DNA from: a virus | Lineage: Duplodnaviria > Heunggongvirae > Uroviricota > Caudoviricetes | IMG/VR virus record: IMGVR_UViG_2529292726_000017 | Strand: one strand, 5' to 3' | DNA length: 10,567 bases | Shown: piece by piece, positions 10,381 to 10,567 of the stretch | Numbering within the stretch: the first letter of the stretch is position 1 | Layout: every line of letters begins with the position of its first letter | The notes under the pieces: generated by a model | Seen by the model: the letters and a program-made list of their open reading frames with translations, nothing else | What the model was told of the DNA's origin: nothing | Databases searched by the model: none | Position numbers and translations under genes: made by a program

Positions 10381-10567
10381 ATGACTCAGCGTAAGAAAGG
10401 TATAACTCAGCATATCTCGGCCATGAAGGCTGGTATCTCAGTCCGTTCTGGTCGTCGGATCGAAAAAGGAGAGTGGGCAAAAAACAGTGTTCGGCACTGG
10501 CGCACACGCAAAGATCCTCTGGAAGCTGTGTGGGACAGCATGCTTGTTCCTCTGTTGAAAGAGAGGC
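10381..10567 (+). CDS. HTH-containing protein, N-terminal 62 codons (partial); possible transposase (IstA-like) or regulator
   Basis: ATG at 10381; translation MTQRKKGITQHISAMKAGISVRSGRRIEKGEWAKNSVRHWRTRKDPLEAVWDSMLVPLLKER. Predicted helix-turn-helix around ISAMKAGISVRSGRRI, laid out like the IstA HTH ([17 protein letters not shown]). Identity not established. Confidence 0.4.
   Translation, partial: MTQRKKGITQHISAMKAGISVRSGRRIEKGEWAKNSVRHWRTRKDPLEAVWDSMLVPLLKER

Overview
This window is a lambda-like (siphovirus) prophage head-tail morphogenesis module, encoded entirely on the minus strand and broken at both ends. I found no novel defence or accessory system; it looks like a decaying, IS-disrupted prophage remnant. 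Reading 5'->3' on the minus strand (right to left in window coordinates): a terminase large-subunit fragment that lacks its N-terminal ATPase region (9007..10239), a gpW-like head completion protein, a portal, a single-polypeptide S49 protease / major capsid fusion, a small protein of the type that follows the capsid gene, an FII-position connector, gpZ-like, gpU-like, gpV-like tail tube, the G and G-T frameshift chaperone pair, and a tape-measure gene that runs into an IS21-family element (IS100-like istA N-terminus, positions 1..~340). At the right end, a plus-strand helix-turn-helix ORF (10381..10567, partial) sits where the terminase N-terminus should be and may be a second transposase. 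Genes are tightly packed with overlapping stop/start codons; the only intergenic gaps hold hairpin + T-run terminator-like structures (after the capsid gene and between V and G). All protein identifications rest on my reading of the ORF translations against remembered lambda proteins (A, W, B, Z, U, V, G, T, H) and IS21-family IstA; no database search was run. The remaining plus-strand ORFs in the track are antisense to these genes and I treat them as artefacts.
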